A stretch of DNA of 64,000 bases, from contig OZ245006.1 in NCBI GenBank assembly GCA_965223545.1, forward strand, positions 5,408,001 through 5,472,000, given 5' to 3'. Both the position numbers and the translations under genes were made by a program. The first letter of the stretch is position 1. Every line of letters starts with the position of its first letter. The notes under the pieces were generated by a model. It did no database searches, had not been told where the DNA came from, and saw nothing but the letters and a program-made list of their open reading frames with translations. This stretch comes from Planctomycetota bacterium. Its GTDB lineage: Bacteria; Planctomycetota; UBA1135; UBA2386. Shown here one piece after another: positions 16,264-25,573 of this stretch.

Positions 16264-18522
16264 TCAGGTGCGGACCGCGGTCGCCGCGCACATCGCGGTC
16301 AGCACACCGCGCAACCGCGCCGGCGATTCCACCGCCCAGCTGGCGGTCGCGTTGCTGCTGCCCACGTGCAGGATCACCGCTTCGGGCGGCAGCGCGCGGT
16401 ACATGTCGAGGTCGGTGCGGTCGTCACCTGCGCACAGCACGAACGCGTCGCGCAGGTCGAGCCGCTGGATGTAGCTGCCCTTGTTGACCCCCGTGGCGCG
16501 CACTTCGACGACGCGATGTCCGCTGACGACTTCGACCGGCTGTTGCTCGAGCGCCTCGCGCAGGTTGGACATCAGCTCGCGGGCGCGCCAGACGCCGTAG
16601 TCGAGATCCGCCATGCGGTAGTGCCACGCGATGGCGCAGTTCTTGCGCTCGACCATGGTGCCCGGCACTTCGCGGCTCACCGTCTCGAGCGTGCGCTCGA
16701 TCGCGGGCAGCCAGGACAGATCGACGTCGTGCAGCGGCGTCCAGTCGCCGTCGGGAGGGCGGGCGACGAAGCCGTGCTCGGCGCACAGGTGAATCGGCAG
16801 CGCGCCGAACCAGTCCTGCATGGTCTCGCGCAACCGCCCGCTCACCAAGTGGACCTCGGTGTCGGGGAGAGCGGCGAGCGCGGCCAATAGGTCGAGGATC
16901 TCCTGCGTCGGGGCGGCGTCCTCGGGGCGTTGCTCGATCTCGCGCAGGGTCCCGTCGTAGTCCAGTGCCAGCACCCGCCGCGCCGCGCGCTGTCCGCGTT
17001 CCACCAGCGGCGGCACCTCGTCGTCGGTGAGGCGCGGTAGGCGCTCGGCGGCGCGCCGCGCGGTCGCGCGCTCGTGGGTCTGCTGCAGATAGGTGTCCGC
17101 CCAGCGGTGGCAGTCCATCGCCACGACTTGTTGGCCCATCGCGGTCATCCGATGCGCCTTCTCGTCGGGCGGCATGCGCAGCGCGGCCTCGATCGCGTCG
17201 GCCATCTGCTCGGTGTTCCACGGATTGACCAGTAGCGAGCGCGTCAGGTAGTGCGCGGCCCCGGCAAACTCACTGAGGATCAAGATGCCGCGATGCGCGG
17301 GCAGCGGAGCAGGCTCCGCTTGGCTCAGCACGAACTCCTGCGCGACCAGGTTCATGCCGTCGCGAACCGGTGCCACGAACCCGGCGTGCGCGAAGCGGTA
17401 CAGGGCGACCAGCTGGCTGGGGCTGACCGAGCGGTGCATGTACTCGACCGGAGTGACGCCGAGGCCGCCATACACGCCGTTGATGCGACCGACTTGCTCT
17501 TCGATCTCTCGCTTGAGGGTCTGGTACTCGGGATGGTTGAGGCGCGAGGGCACCAGCACCTGCAGGAAAGTGACCTCCTTGGCGAGGTCGGGGTTGCGTT
17601 GCAACAAGCGCTCGAACGCCTGCAGCTTGAGCGGCACGCCCTTCGAGTAGTCCAGACGTTCGACGCCCAAGATCAGCTTGCGGTCGCCGTAGCGTTGGCG
17701 GAGCTCTTCGTACAGGGTGGCCGTCTCCGGGCTCTGCAGGTGGCCGCGGAATCCGTCGACGTCGATGCCGATCGGGTTGGCGCCGATGCCGATCTCACGC
17801 CCCTCGAAACGGATCGCGTTGGGGTCCGACTCGAGGCCGAGCACGCGGAGGCAAGCGCTGCGAAAATGCCGCACGTAGTCGTTGGAGTGGAACCCGATGT
17901 AGTCGGCGCCGAGCAGCCCCTTGAGCAGCTCCATCCGCGACGGCAAGAGCCTGTAGATTTCAGAAGACGGAAACGGAATGTGCAGGAAGAAGCCGATCTC
18001 CAGGTCCGGCCGCTGCGCGCGCAGCATGCTGGGGACCAGCATCAGGTGGAAGTCGTGCACCCACACCCGAGTGCCGGGCTCGCAGTGCTGCAGTACGGCG
18101 TCGGCGAAGCGCTGGTTGACGTCGACGTAGCACCGCCAGGCGTCGTGGGTGAACGCGATCCGGTCGGAGAAGTAGTGGAACAGCGGCCACAGGACCTCGT
18201 TGCACAGCCCGCGGTAGTAGCGGTCTTCTTCGAGCTGGGTGAGGAACACCGGCGCCAGCTGTTGCTCGGCCAGGAGCTGGGTCACCTCGTCGCGCTGCTC
18301 CGGCGCGATCGGGCATCCCGGCCATCCGACCCAGGTGAACGCGCCGCTCGCCTGGTAGCCAGCGAGCGCTGAGGCCAAACCGCCAGCACTGGGGAAGCTT
18401 TGCAACTGCCCACCGACCGTCCGCAGGCTGGTCGGCAGTCGATTGCTGACGACCACGAGCTTGTCGTCTGTAGCTGAGCTGGCGTTTGTGGCGATAGGAC
18501 TGGAATCGAGAGCCTCGGTCAT
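16264..18522 (-). CDS. otsA: Bifunctional trehalose-6-phosphate synthase/phosphatase (OtsA-OtsB fusion)
   Basis: VSNRLP, WVHDFHL, FLHIPFP, ERLDYSKG, RDGMNLVA, LSEFAGA; HAD domain DYDGTL, NKG, GDDRTD. Confidence 0.95.
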   Translation of the reverse strand: MTEALDSSPIATNASSATDDKLVVVSNRLPTSLRTVGGQLQSFPSAGGLASALAGYQASGAFTWVGWPGCPIAPEQRDEVTQLLAEQQLAPVFLTQLEEDRYYRGLCNEVLWPLFHYFSDRIAFTHDAWRCYVDVNQRFADAVLQHCEPGTRVWVHDFHLMLVPSMLRAQRPDLEIGFFLHIPFPSSEIYRLLPSRMELLKGLLGADYIGFHSNDYVRHFRSACLRVLGLESDPNAIRFEGREIGIGANPIGIDVDGFRGHLQSPETATLYEELRQRYGDRKLILGVERLDYSKGVPLKLQAFERLLQRNPDLAKEVTFLQVLVPSRLNHPEYQTLKREIEEQVGRINGVYGGLGVTPVEYMHRSVSPSQLVALYRFAHAGFVAPVRDGMNLVAQEFVLSQAEPAPLPAHRGILILSEFAGAAHYLTRSLLVNPWNTEQMADAIEAALRMPPDEKAHRMTAMGQQVVAMDCHRWADTYLQQTHERATARRAAERLPRLTDDEVPPLVERGQRAARRVLALDYDGTLREIEQRPEDAAPTQEILDLLAALAALPDTEVHLVSGRLRETMQDWFGALPIHLCAEHGFVARPPDGDWTPLHDVDLSWLPAIERTLETVSREVPGTMVERKNCAIAWHYRMADLDYGVWRARELMSNLREALEQQPVEVVSGHRVVEVRATGVNKGSYIQRLDLRDAFVLCAGDDRTDLDMYRALPPEAVILHVGSSNATASWAVESPARLRGVLTAMCAATAVRT

Positions 18523-18575
18523 GGGGCTCGAGCAACCTCCTGTTCTTCGTTCATCGAACGCGAGCGCCGTCCAGC

Positions 18576-20330
18576 ATGAGACTCGGGATCATTGGAAACT
18601 GCGCCTACAGCGCGCTGATCGAGAACGGCGCGGTCAACTGGCTCTGCTGGCCGCGCATGGACAGCAGCTTCGTCTTCGGCTCGTTGCTGGACCGCGAGCG
18701 CGGTGGTGTCTTCGAGATCGCCGGCGTCGACGCCAGCTCGGTTCGGCAGGAATACGTGGAGAACACCAACGTGCTGCGCACGGTGTTCGATTCCCCCACA
18801 GGGTCGTTCGAGGTCATCGATTTCGCTCCCCGCTTCCAGCAGTACGATCGCTACTTCAAGCCGACGATGCTGGTGCGGCTGATGCGTCCGTTGGACGGCG
18901 AGCCGTTGGTGCGCGTCCGTTGTCGGCCCAAGGCGGACTACGGCCGTGGCGAGGTCTCGAGCTACACCGCCAGCAACCACATCGAGTATCTCGGGTTGCC
19001 GGCGCCGGTGCGGCTCACCACCAACGTGCCGCGCACCTACGTCGCGGAGGAGCAACCGTTCGTCCTCAACCGGCCGCGGCATTTGGTGTTGACGTGGGGC
19101 CAGCCCCTGGAGTCGTCGCTAGAGGAGACCAGCGAGAGCTTCTTGGCGCGGACGACGGAGTACTGGCGGCGGTGGGTCAAGAACGCGCGCATCCCGCGTG
19201 ACTACCAGGAGCACGTGATCCGCTCGGCGCTGGTCCTCAAGCTGCACCAGTACGAGGACACCGGCGCCATCATCGCGGCGACGACCACCAGCTTGCCCGA
19301 GTTCCCCGGCTCCGGCCGCTGCTGGGACTACCGCTACTGTTGGCTGCGCGACGCCTACTTCTCGCTGAACGCGTTCGAGCGCTTGGGCCAAGCCGAGGAG
19401 ATGGAGCGCTTCCTCGAGTACTTGCACAACATCTGTGAGATCCACGGCGACGCGCTGCAGCCGCTGTACGCCGTCAACGGCGCCGCCGATCTCCGCGAGG
19501 AGATCCTCGATCACCTGTCGGGGTTCGACGGCGACGGTCCCGTGCGCATCGGAAACCAGGCGCACGAGCACGTGCAGAACGACGTCTACGGCGAGATGAT
19601 CCTCGCCATCAGCCGCTTGCTGATGGATACGCGCTTCAAGGGGTTTGCCGGCTTGGCGGGTGCACAGCGGCTGGTGTCGCGGCTTCTCGATCAGATCGAG
19701 GCGCGCATGGAGCAGCCCGACGCCGGTTTGTGGGAGCTCCGCAACCAGAGCCATCTGCACTCCTTCACGCTGCTCATGCACTGGGCCGGCGCGCAGCGCG
19801 CCGGCGACATCGGCCGCGCGATGGCGGCGCCCGAGCTGGCGGCACGCGGTGACGCGGTGGCGGCGACGGCGCGGGCCATCCTCGAGCAGCGCTGCTGGAA
19901 TCCGCACGTCGGCGCCCTGACCCAGGCTGCCGACCGGCCCAACCTAGACGCTGCGATGCTGCTGGCGGTGCAGTTCGGCTTCTTCGAACCCGGTGATCCG
20001 CGCGCCCTCTCGCACGTCGAGGCGGTGCACCGCGCCCTGGCTTCCCCCGGCGGCTTGCTGCGGCGCTACGACGTCGAGGACGACTTCGGTTATCAAGAGG
20101 CGGCGTTCACGGTGTGCTCGTTCTGGCTCGCCGAGTCGCTGGCGATCGTCGGCCGCGTCGACGAGTCGCGCGAGCTGTTCGAGCGCTTGCTGTCGCTCGA
20201 GAACGGCCTCGGCCTCTACAGCGAGGACATCCTGCCCGAGACCCGCGAGCAGAGCGGCAACTTTCCGCAGACCTACTCCCACGTCGGGTTGATCAACACG
20301 GCCTTCCGGTTGTCGCGCGACTGGATGTGA
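18576..20330 (+). CDS. Glycoside hydrolase family 15 (trehalase-like)
   Basis: [46 protein letters not shown]. Confidence 0.92.
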   Translation: MRLGIIGNCAYSALIENGAVNWLCWPRMDSSFVFGSLLDRERGGVFEIAGVDASSVRQEYVENTNVLRTVFDSPTGSFEVIDFAPRFQQYDRYFKPTMLVRLMRPLDGEPLVRVRCRPKADYGRGEVSSYTASNHIEYLGLPAPVRLTTNVPRTYVAEEQPFVLNRPRHLVLTWGQPLESSLEETSESFLARTTEYWRRWVKNARIPRDYQEHVIRSALVLKLHQYEDTGAIIAATTTSLPEFPGSGRCWDYRYCWLRDAYFSLNAFERLGQAEEMERFLEYLHNICEIHGDALQPLYAVNGAADLREEILDHLSGFDGDGPVRIGNQAHEHVQNDVYGEMILAISRLLMDTRFKGFAGLAGAQRLVSRLLDQIEARMEQPDAGLWELRNQSHLHSFTLLMHWAGAQRAGDIGRAMAAPELAARGDAVAATARAILEQRCWNPHVGALTQAADRPNLDAAMLLAVQFGFFEPGDPRALSHVEAVHRALASPGGLLRRYDVEDDFGYQEAAFTVCSFWLAESLAIVGRVDESRELFERLLSLENGLGLYSEDILPETREQSGNFPQTYSHVGLINTAFRLSRDWM

Positions 20331-20374
20331 CGCCCACAGACCCGGCGACGGCGCCGGTGCGGTACACTTTAGCG

Positions 20375-20893
20375 ATGGGTTGCCTGCGAAGTGGTCTTCT
20401 GCGCGGTCCTCTTGCCTCGCTGCTGTGGGGGCTTGCCGTCTGTGGTGGGCTGCGGGCGCAGTCCGCCCCCGACGTCGGCCTGACGCTGGACCTCGGCCCG
20501 ACGCTGCCGGCATTCGTCGGCTACGACTGCGGCGCGTTTTCCTGCGCCGCGGTGCCGGCGGGACTCTGGGCGCCCGGCGCGTCGCGCACGTTCACCGGCT
20601 ACGGCGCTCCGGCCTCGCCGTGGGTCGTCGTCGGTGGGCTACCGGGGTTCTGCTTGCCGGTCGGCGGCATCGCCAACGCGCTGATTCCGGCGCCGCCCTT
20701 GTTCGTGATGCATGTCGGCTCGCTGGGGCCCGTGCTGCCGGGGAGCCCGTGCGCGCAGGGCGCCGAGAAGGTGCCGTTCACCATGCCGGCCGGGGCGCCG
20801 ACCGGGTTCGTGCTTTGCATCCAGAACGCGGCTCTTTCGCCGTCGCTGGGGCAGCTCGCGTTCGGCCCGGCCCTCGACGTGATCATCAGCTGA
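20375..20893 (+). CDS. Small secreted protein made almost entirely of the recurrent C-terminal domain
   Basis: Signal peptide ending LRAQ; ends PTGFVLCIQNAALSPSLGQLAFGPALDVIIS. Confidence 0.65.
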   Translation: MGCLRSGLLRGPLASLLWGLAVCGGLRAQSAPDVGLTLDLGPTLPAFVGYDCGAFSCAAVPAGLWAPGASRTFTGYGAPASPWVVVGGLPGFCLPVGGIANALIPAPPLFVMHVGSLGPVLPGSPCAQGAEKVPFTMPAGAPTGFVLCIQNAALSPSLGQLAFGPALDVIIS

Positions 20894-20912
20894 TCGCGCG
20901 TGGGCGACGCGG

Positions 20913-23900
20913 CTAACGCGGGTTGGACGCCGCGGCGAGCCGTGCTTGCAGCGCTTCGTAGGCTTGCTGCATCACCGCTGGCGCGATGACGAGCTCCACC
21001 GATGCCGGCGACCCCGCCCCGACTTGGATCAGAAAACTGGGGTGCGGCATCGCGCTTTCGATCTCGAGGCCGTCGGCGCGATGCACGAGCGACAACGAGA
21101 CGCGGTACGCTCCCGGCCGCGGCGCCGCCAGTCGGACGCGGCCGGCTGCATCCACGTCGGCCTTGCTCGGCGCCTTGTAGCTGATCGCCGCCAGTGGCGA
21201 GGGGCGGGTCGGTCCCTCCCCTGGGTGCGAAGCCCTCAGCCTCGCGCGGAGGGCGAGGCCCTTCCCCGGCGTGGTTGCGCCCGTGATCGTCAGGTCGACA
21301 GGGTGTCCGCGCGACAACACCGCGGGCTCGTTTGCCTGGTCGATCGGCACGGCGATCGGAAAGTACCCCTCGCAGCGGAGCAGGAGCAGCTCGATCGGCA
21401 GTGACGATGGTACGACCAGCGGAGTGCCGGTCTTGCCGAGCGCGGTGCGCGCGCCGGGCGTCCATGCCCACACCGATGCCGTCAACGGCGCGCCATGCTC
21501 GTCCACCGCGCGCAACGGGATCGGGCGTACCAGATCGCTCAGGTCGATCGGGTCGAGGCCGGGTGTCGGCGTGTTCTTCCGGTCGGCAATGATGCCGCGC
21601 AGTCGCGCCAATTCGCGGCGCGGCGAGCCGGTCACGATCAGCGTGTGTGATCCCGGTTGGAGTCTGTCGATGTGGAACTCGCCGTCGAGGTCGATGATTC
21701 CGCCGACCCACCCAGTGGGTGTCTCCGATGGCGACCCCAGTCGGTCGGGCCAAGCTTCGACCCCGAGCCGGTCGAGGGCGATGCCCGAGTCGGAATGCAG
21801 CCGGCCCCGCAGCGAGGCCGCGGGTTCTGGGCGGAGCACGATTGCGCCAGCGGCCGGGTGCCAATGTTGCGGATCGTGGCGCCAGCCACGCGCACGTACC
21901 GCGAGCCAGGTCTCGGTCGCGGGGGCGTCCGGCATCGCGAACTCACCGCGCGTGCCGGTCGTTGCGACGCGCTGGTTCGTGACGTGTTCGAAGCCCGACG
22001 AAGACGCGTCGCTGCGGCGCATTCGCCACACGCTTGCGCCGGCGATCGGTGCCCCTTGGGGATCGAGGACCGTGCCGCGCAGCGCGGCGGTCGAGCGAGG
22101 CCACGCGAGCTCGCCGAGATCGAGAACCTGTTCCGGACTCCGTTCGGGCAGTGAAACGCGAAGCGTCCGCCGCTCCCCTTCGTGCTCGAAGAGAACGACC
22201 TGTGTCGCGATGTGCTCGATCGCCGTCGGCCAGTGCAGAGTGAAGCGCCCGTCCTGACCGGGATGGATCGCCGCGTGGAATACTGCTTCGTCGGTGGCTG
22301 TGAACAGCCGCACGGAGGCGCTGCCTGCCTCGCCAAGCGCATGCGGTAGTCGCCCCACAACTTTGGTCAACGAGTCCGACGAAGTCAGCCGCAGTTCGAC
22401 GACTTCCCCCGCCGTTCCCAGGCCCTCGTGACTCACGATGCTCGGCAGCGCGCCCGGCCAGGGCGAGTGCGCGGCGACGAATGGCACGCCGAGGCCGACC
22501 GCGGCGAACCGGGCAGTACCGTCGTGAGTGGGGGCGGGGACTCTGGTCTCTTCTGCCGGGCTGGTCGGCGCGTCGGGATACAGCCAGATCGGCGTGCCGT
22601 CGGGCGCTGGTGCTCCGTCGAGCGAGACGTGGACGGCCACGGTTCCGGTGGCCGGCAGCCGCAGCTCGAACGGCGTCTCGGGCGGCGCGCCGTCGTCGGG
22701 CAGCGCGGTGTGTACCGGCGCGCCAAGCGGGCCCAGTAGCCGTGCGCCGACCACGAGGCGCTCCGATCGGCCGTGGATCCCGCGAAACCAGGTCAGCTCG
22801 GCGGTGCCGTCCGCTCGCGTCCGAGCCGTTGAGAGTGGGTTGGTTCCGCCGTCATGGACCAGGGCCACTTGGATGCCAGGGCGCGGAGCGCCGTCCTCCC
22901 CGACGACGCGCACTGTTGCCCGCCGGACTGGCCAGAGTCGCAGGTCGAGCGGAGCCTCGACGTGCTGGCCATGGGGAACGCGGAGAACGCCGCGACGATC
23001 GCCGGACTCCCCGACCAGCATTCCGGGAGCACCGATCGGCATAGAGCAGGTTCCGAGGCCATCGATGGCCAGGCGCTGGCCGACACGAGTCGCCGCCCTC
23101 CACAAGTCGTCGCCCCGCGCTACTGCCCGCTCGTGCGCGCGGCGGAGCGCCGGTTGTTCCAGTCGTTGCGGGATCAACAGATGCACGGTGGCATCCGTCG
23201 CTGGCGCTCCCGTGATTCCGTCGACGATCCGCACGAGCGCGCCGCGGATCGGGTCCTGCGGTTTCGCGGCCGCGGTTCGGGTGCCGGCTGCCGGCGGTGG
23301 CGCTACGGGTGCCTCCCGCATCGCGACCATCGCGGCCTGACGGCCGGGCTCGGACGAGATCGTGGGTTTCGCGGGCTCCTCCCCCGGCAACGCGCACCAG
23401 AGTGCGACTGCACCCACAGCCAACACACCGGTCGCGGCGGGCGCGACGCTGGCTTTGCCGGCGGACGGTCGCAGGCTCGCGAACGCGGCGACCCACGCCG
23501 CGCGGTTGCCGTCGTTGGCAGCATCGAGGGCGCCGCGGAGTCGCTGCAACGCCCGCGTCGTCCGGCTGTAGACCGTGGCGCGGGGCAGGCCGAGACGGTG
23601 CGCCGCGGCTTCGGGCGTCAATCCCTCGTAGAAGCGCAGCAACACGACGTCCCGAAACGGCGACTCCAAAGCGAGCACGGCCTCGGCAAGGAGCCGTTGT
23701 TGCTCGAGTCGCGTGGCCGCTTCGGCCGCGCTCGGCGCGGCGCCCTTCTGCGCGTCCCCCGCGACCCTTTCGGCTCGTTCGCGTCGCGCGCGCCGCCTGC
23801 GGACATCGAGCGCGAGATTGCGGACCGTGCCCCGCAGCCACGCGCGACCCGCGCGGGTGGTCGGCTTGGTGCGCAGGGCGGCCAGCGCGGCATCTTGTGC

Positions 23901-24005
23901 CACGTCCTGTGCGGTGTCTCGGTCGTCGACGAGTCGGACCGCGAGCTGCGCCAGCCAGCGCGGCTCGGCGCACAGCACCGCGGTCGGTGGGAGTGGGGTG
24001 GACAT
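20913..24005 (-). CDS. ECF sigma factor fused to TM helix and carboxypeptidase-regulatory-like (Ig) ectodomain
   Basis: sigma2 AQDVAQD...AWLRGTVRNLA; sigma4 RDVVLLRFYEGL...TVYSRTTRAL; TM VLAVGAVALWCAL; repeats like GTVLDPQGAPIAGASV; start may be 24026. Confidence 0.85.
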   Translation of the reverse strand: MSTPLPPTAVLCAEPRWLAQLAVRLVDDRDTAQDVAQDAALAALRTKPTTRAGRAWLRGTVRNLALDVRRRRARRERAERVAGDAQKGAAPSAAEAATRLEQQRLLAEAVLALESPFRDVVLLRFYEGLTPEAAAHRLGLPRATVYSRTTRALQRLRGALDAANDGNRAAWVAAFASLRPSAGKASVAPAATGVLAVGAVALWCALPGEEPAKPTISSEPGRQAAMVAMREAPVAPPPAAGTRTAAAKPQDPIRGALVRIVDGITGAPATDATVHLLIPQRLEQPALRRAHERAVARGDDLWRAATRVGQRLAIDGLGTCSMPIGAPGMLVGESGDRRGVLRVPHGQHVEAPLDLRLWPVRRATVRVVGEDGAPRPGIQVALVHDGGTNPLSTARTRADGTAELTWFRGIHGRSERLVVGARLLGPLGAPVHTALPDDGAPPETPFELRLPATGTVAVHVSLDGAPAPDGTPIWLYPDAPTSPAEETRVPAPTHDGTARFAAVGLGVPFVAAHSPWPGALPSIVSHEGLGTAGEVVELRLTSSDSLTKVVGRLPHALGEAGSASVRLFTATDEAVFHAAIHPGQDGRFTLHWPTAIEHIATQVVLFEHEGERRTLRVSLPERSPEQVLDLGELAWPRSTAALRGTVLDPQGAPIAGASVWRMRRSDASSSGFEHVTNQRVATTGTRGEFAMPDAPATETWLAVRARGWRHDPQHWHPAAGAIVLRPEPAASLRGRLHSDSGIALDRLGVEAWPDRLGSPSETPTGWVGGIIDLDGEFHIDRLQPGSHTLIVTGSPRRELARLRGIIADRKNTPTPGLDPIDLSDLVRPIPLRAVDEHGAPLTASVWAWTPGARTALGKTGTPLVVPSSLPIELLLLRCEGYFPIAVPIDQANEPAVLSRGHPVDLTITGATTPGKGLALRARLRASHPGEGPTRPSPLAAISYKAPSKADVDAAGRVRLAAPRPGAYRVSLSLVHRADGLEIESAMPHPSFLIQVGAGSPASVELVIAPAVMQQAYEALQARLAAASNPR

Positions 24006-24084
24006 CGCAGGGGAGTCGCCCGGCATCGGCCGGGTCCCCCCGAGTTTCTGCGATTCTGTCGATCCGTGCCGGGGCGCGTGCAGC

Positions 24085-25491
24085 TCAGCGCGCGCCGATC
24101 GTCAGTTGCAGGCCTCCCGTTGCGCTCGCGCCGGCCGGGTTCGCGCCGGCGTCGAGGACGAACGCCTGCCCGAACGTGGATGCGCCGAGCAGGCTCGGGT
24201 TGATGGGAATCGGCAGTTGCCAAGGAATGCTCGGGCCGGTGGCCACGGGCAGCGCGGCGTTCCATTCGGCCGACGTCCACAGGGAGCACCCGGTCATGCC
24301 GATCGGCGTCAGGGACAGGGGGAGCGGGCCGCCGGCCCAGGTCGTTGCCGAGCTGCCGAGCGCGGCGACGACCGGCGCGCCGGCGGGCACCGCGTCGACC
24401 TGGAGGGTGAGGGTGTCGCCGAGCCACGGCAGGGCGCCGGTCGGCGTGAGCTGCGGGGGGCCCAGCGCACCGGGACAGGCCAGACCATACGCGCGAACCG
24501 CGGCCGGGTTGACTGGCGCCAGCCACCACGTGTCGCCCAAGGGCGTGCGCCCGTCGTAGCCGCCGAACGACACGGTCCGCCGGCGCAGCCCGTCGTACGC
24601 GAGGGTCGGCCAGCCGCGGGCCGCCGGAGCCACTCCTGCGGCGCGCCGCCGCCAGGTCGTGCCGCTCCAGTCCCAGACGTCGCCTCGCCAGCGGCCGCCA
24701 TCCCAGCCACCGAACATGACGGTGCGCCGGCGCCCGGCGTCGTAGGCCATGCCGTGTGTCGATCGCGGTCCGGGTGCCGTCGCTGGCGTGCTTTGCGTCC
24801 AAGTTCCGGCACCACCGTCCCACTCCCACGTGTCGGCGAGCTGCCCGCGTGCGTCGCGCCCCCCGTAGAGCACGACGACGCCGCGGTGGAGGTCGTACGC
24901 CATGCCGGCGGAGTAGCGCGGCCCGGGGCTGTTCGCCGGCGTGCGTTGGGTCCACGTGCCGGCGCTGCCGTCCCACTCCCAAGTGTCGCCGGCGATGCAG
25001 CCGTTGGTGCAGTCGCCGCCGAACAGCACGACCCGACCGCGGGAGGCGTCGTACACCATGCGGTGCGCGAAGCGCGGCGAGGGGCTCGGGCCAGTTGCCG
25101 GCGTGCGGTCGGTCCATCGGCCGCTGCCGCCGTCCCACTCCCACGTCTCGGCACGACCGGCGCCGGCGTTCCAGTCGCCGAACAGCACCACCGTGCCGCG
25201 CTGCGCATCGTAGGCCAGCGCGTGCGACGAGTGGATGCCGGGACCACCGGTGGGCGAGCGTTGTCGCCAAGCGCTGCCGTCGAACTCCCAGACCTCGTCG
25301 AGATCGGCACTGCCGTCCCAGCCACCGGTGATCACGATGCGGTCGCGGCCGGCGTCATACGCGATTGCGTGGCTGCTACGCGGCGACGGCGGCGCGGTCG
25401 GCATGGCGTTGGTCCAGGCGAGCTGTGCTGGCGCTGGAACGCCGTAGGCGAGTGCGGCTGCGGTGAGAAAGACCTTGTGGTGTTGGTGCAT
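24085..25491 (-). CDS. Secreted kelch-repeat protein with recurrent C-terminal domain
   Basis: Six repeats AYDxxRxxxVLFGG...DTWEWDG; signal peptide after ATG 25491. Confidence 0.85.
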   Translation of the reverse strand: MHQHHKVFLTAAALAYGVPAPAQLAWTNAMPTAPPSPRSSHAIAYDAGRDRIVITGGWDGSADLDEVWEFDGSAWRQRSPTGGPGIHSSHALAYDAQRGTVVLFGDWNAGAGRAETWEWDGGSGRWTDRTPATGPSPSPRFAHRMVYDASRGRVVLFGGDCTNGCIAGDTWEWDGSAGTWTQRTPANSPGPRYSAGMAYDLHRGVVVLYGGRDARGQLADTWEWDGGAGTWTQSTPATAPGPRSTHGMAYDAGRRRTVMFGGWDGGRWRGDVWDWSGTTWRRRAAGVAPAARGWPTLAYDGLRRRTVSFGGYDGRTPLGDTWWLAPVNPAAVRAYGLACPGALGPPQLTPTGALPWLGDTLTLQVDAVPAGAPVVAALGSSATTWAGGPLPLSLTPIGMTGCSLWTSAEWNAALPVATGPSIPWQLPIPINPSLLGASTFGQAFVLDAGANPAGASATGGLQLTIGAR

Positions 25492-25529
25492 GCGATGCTC
25501 CGCGCCCGCGACGTCGGGTGCCGAGCAGA

Positions 25530-25548
25530 TAGTTGTAATATACAACTA
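25530..25548. promoter_or_regulatory. Palindromic operator TAGTTGTA-ATA-TACAACTA
   Basis: Perfect 8-3-8 AT-rich inverted repeat about 40 nt upstream of the kelch gene in a GC-rich context. Confidence 0.7.
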
Positions 25549-25573
25549 AACACCGAGCAAGCGGGGCGGGCGC

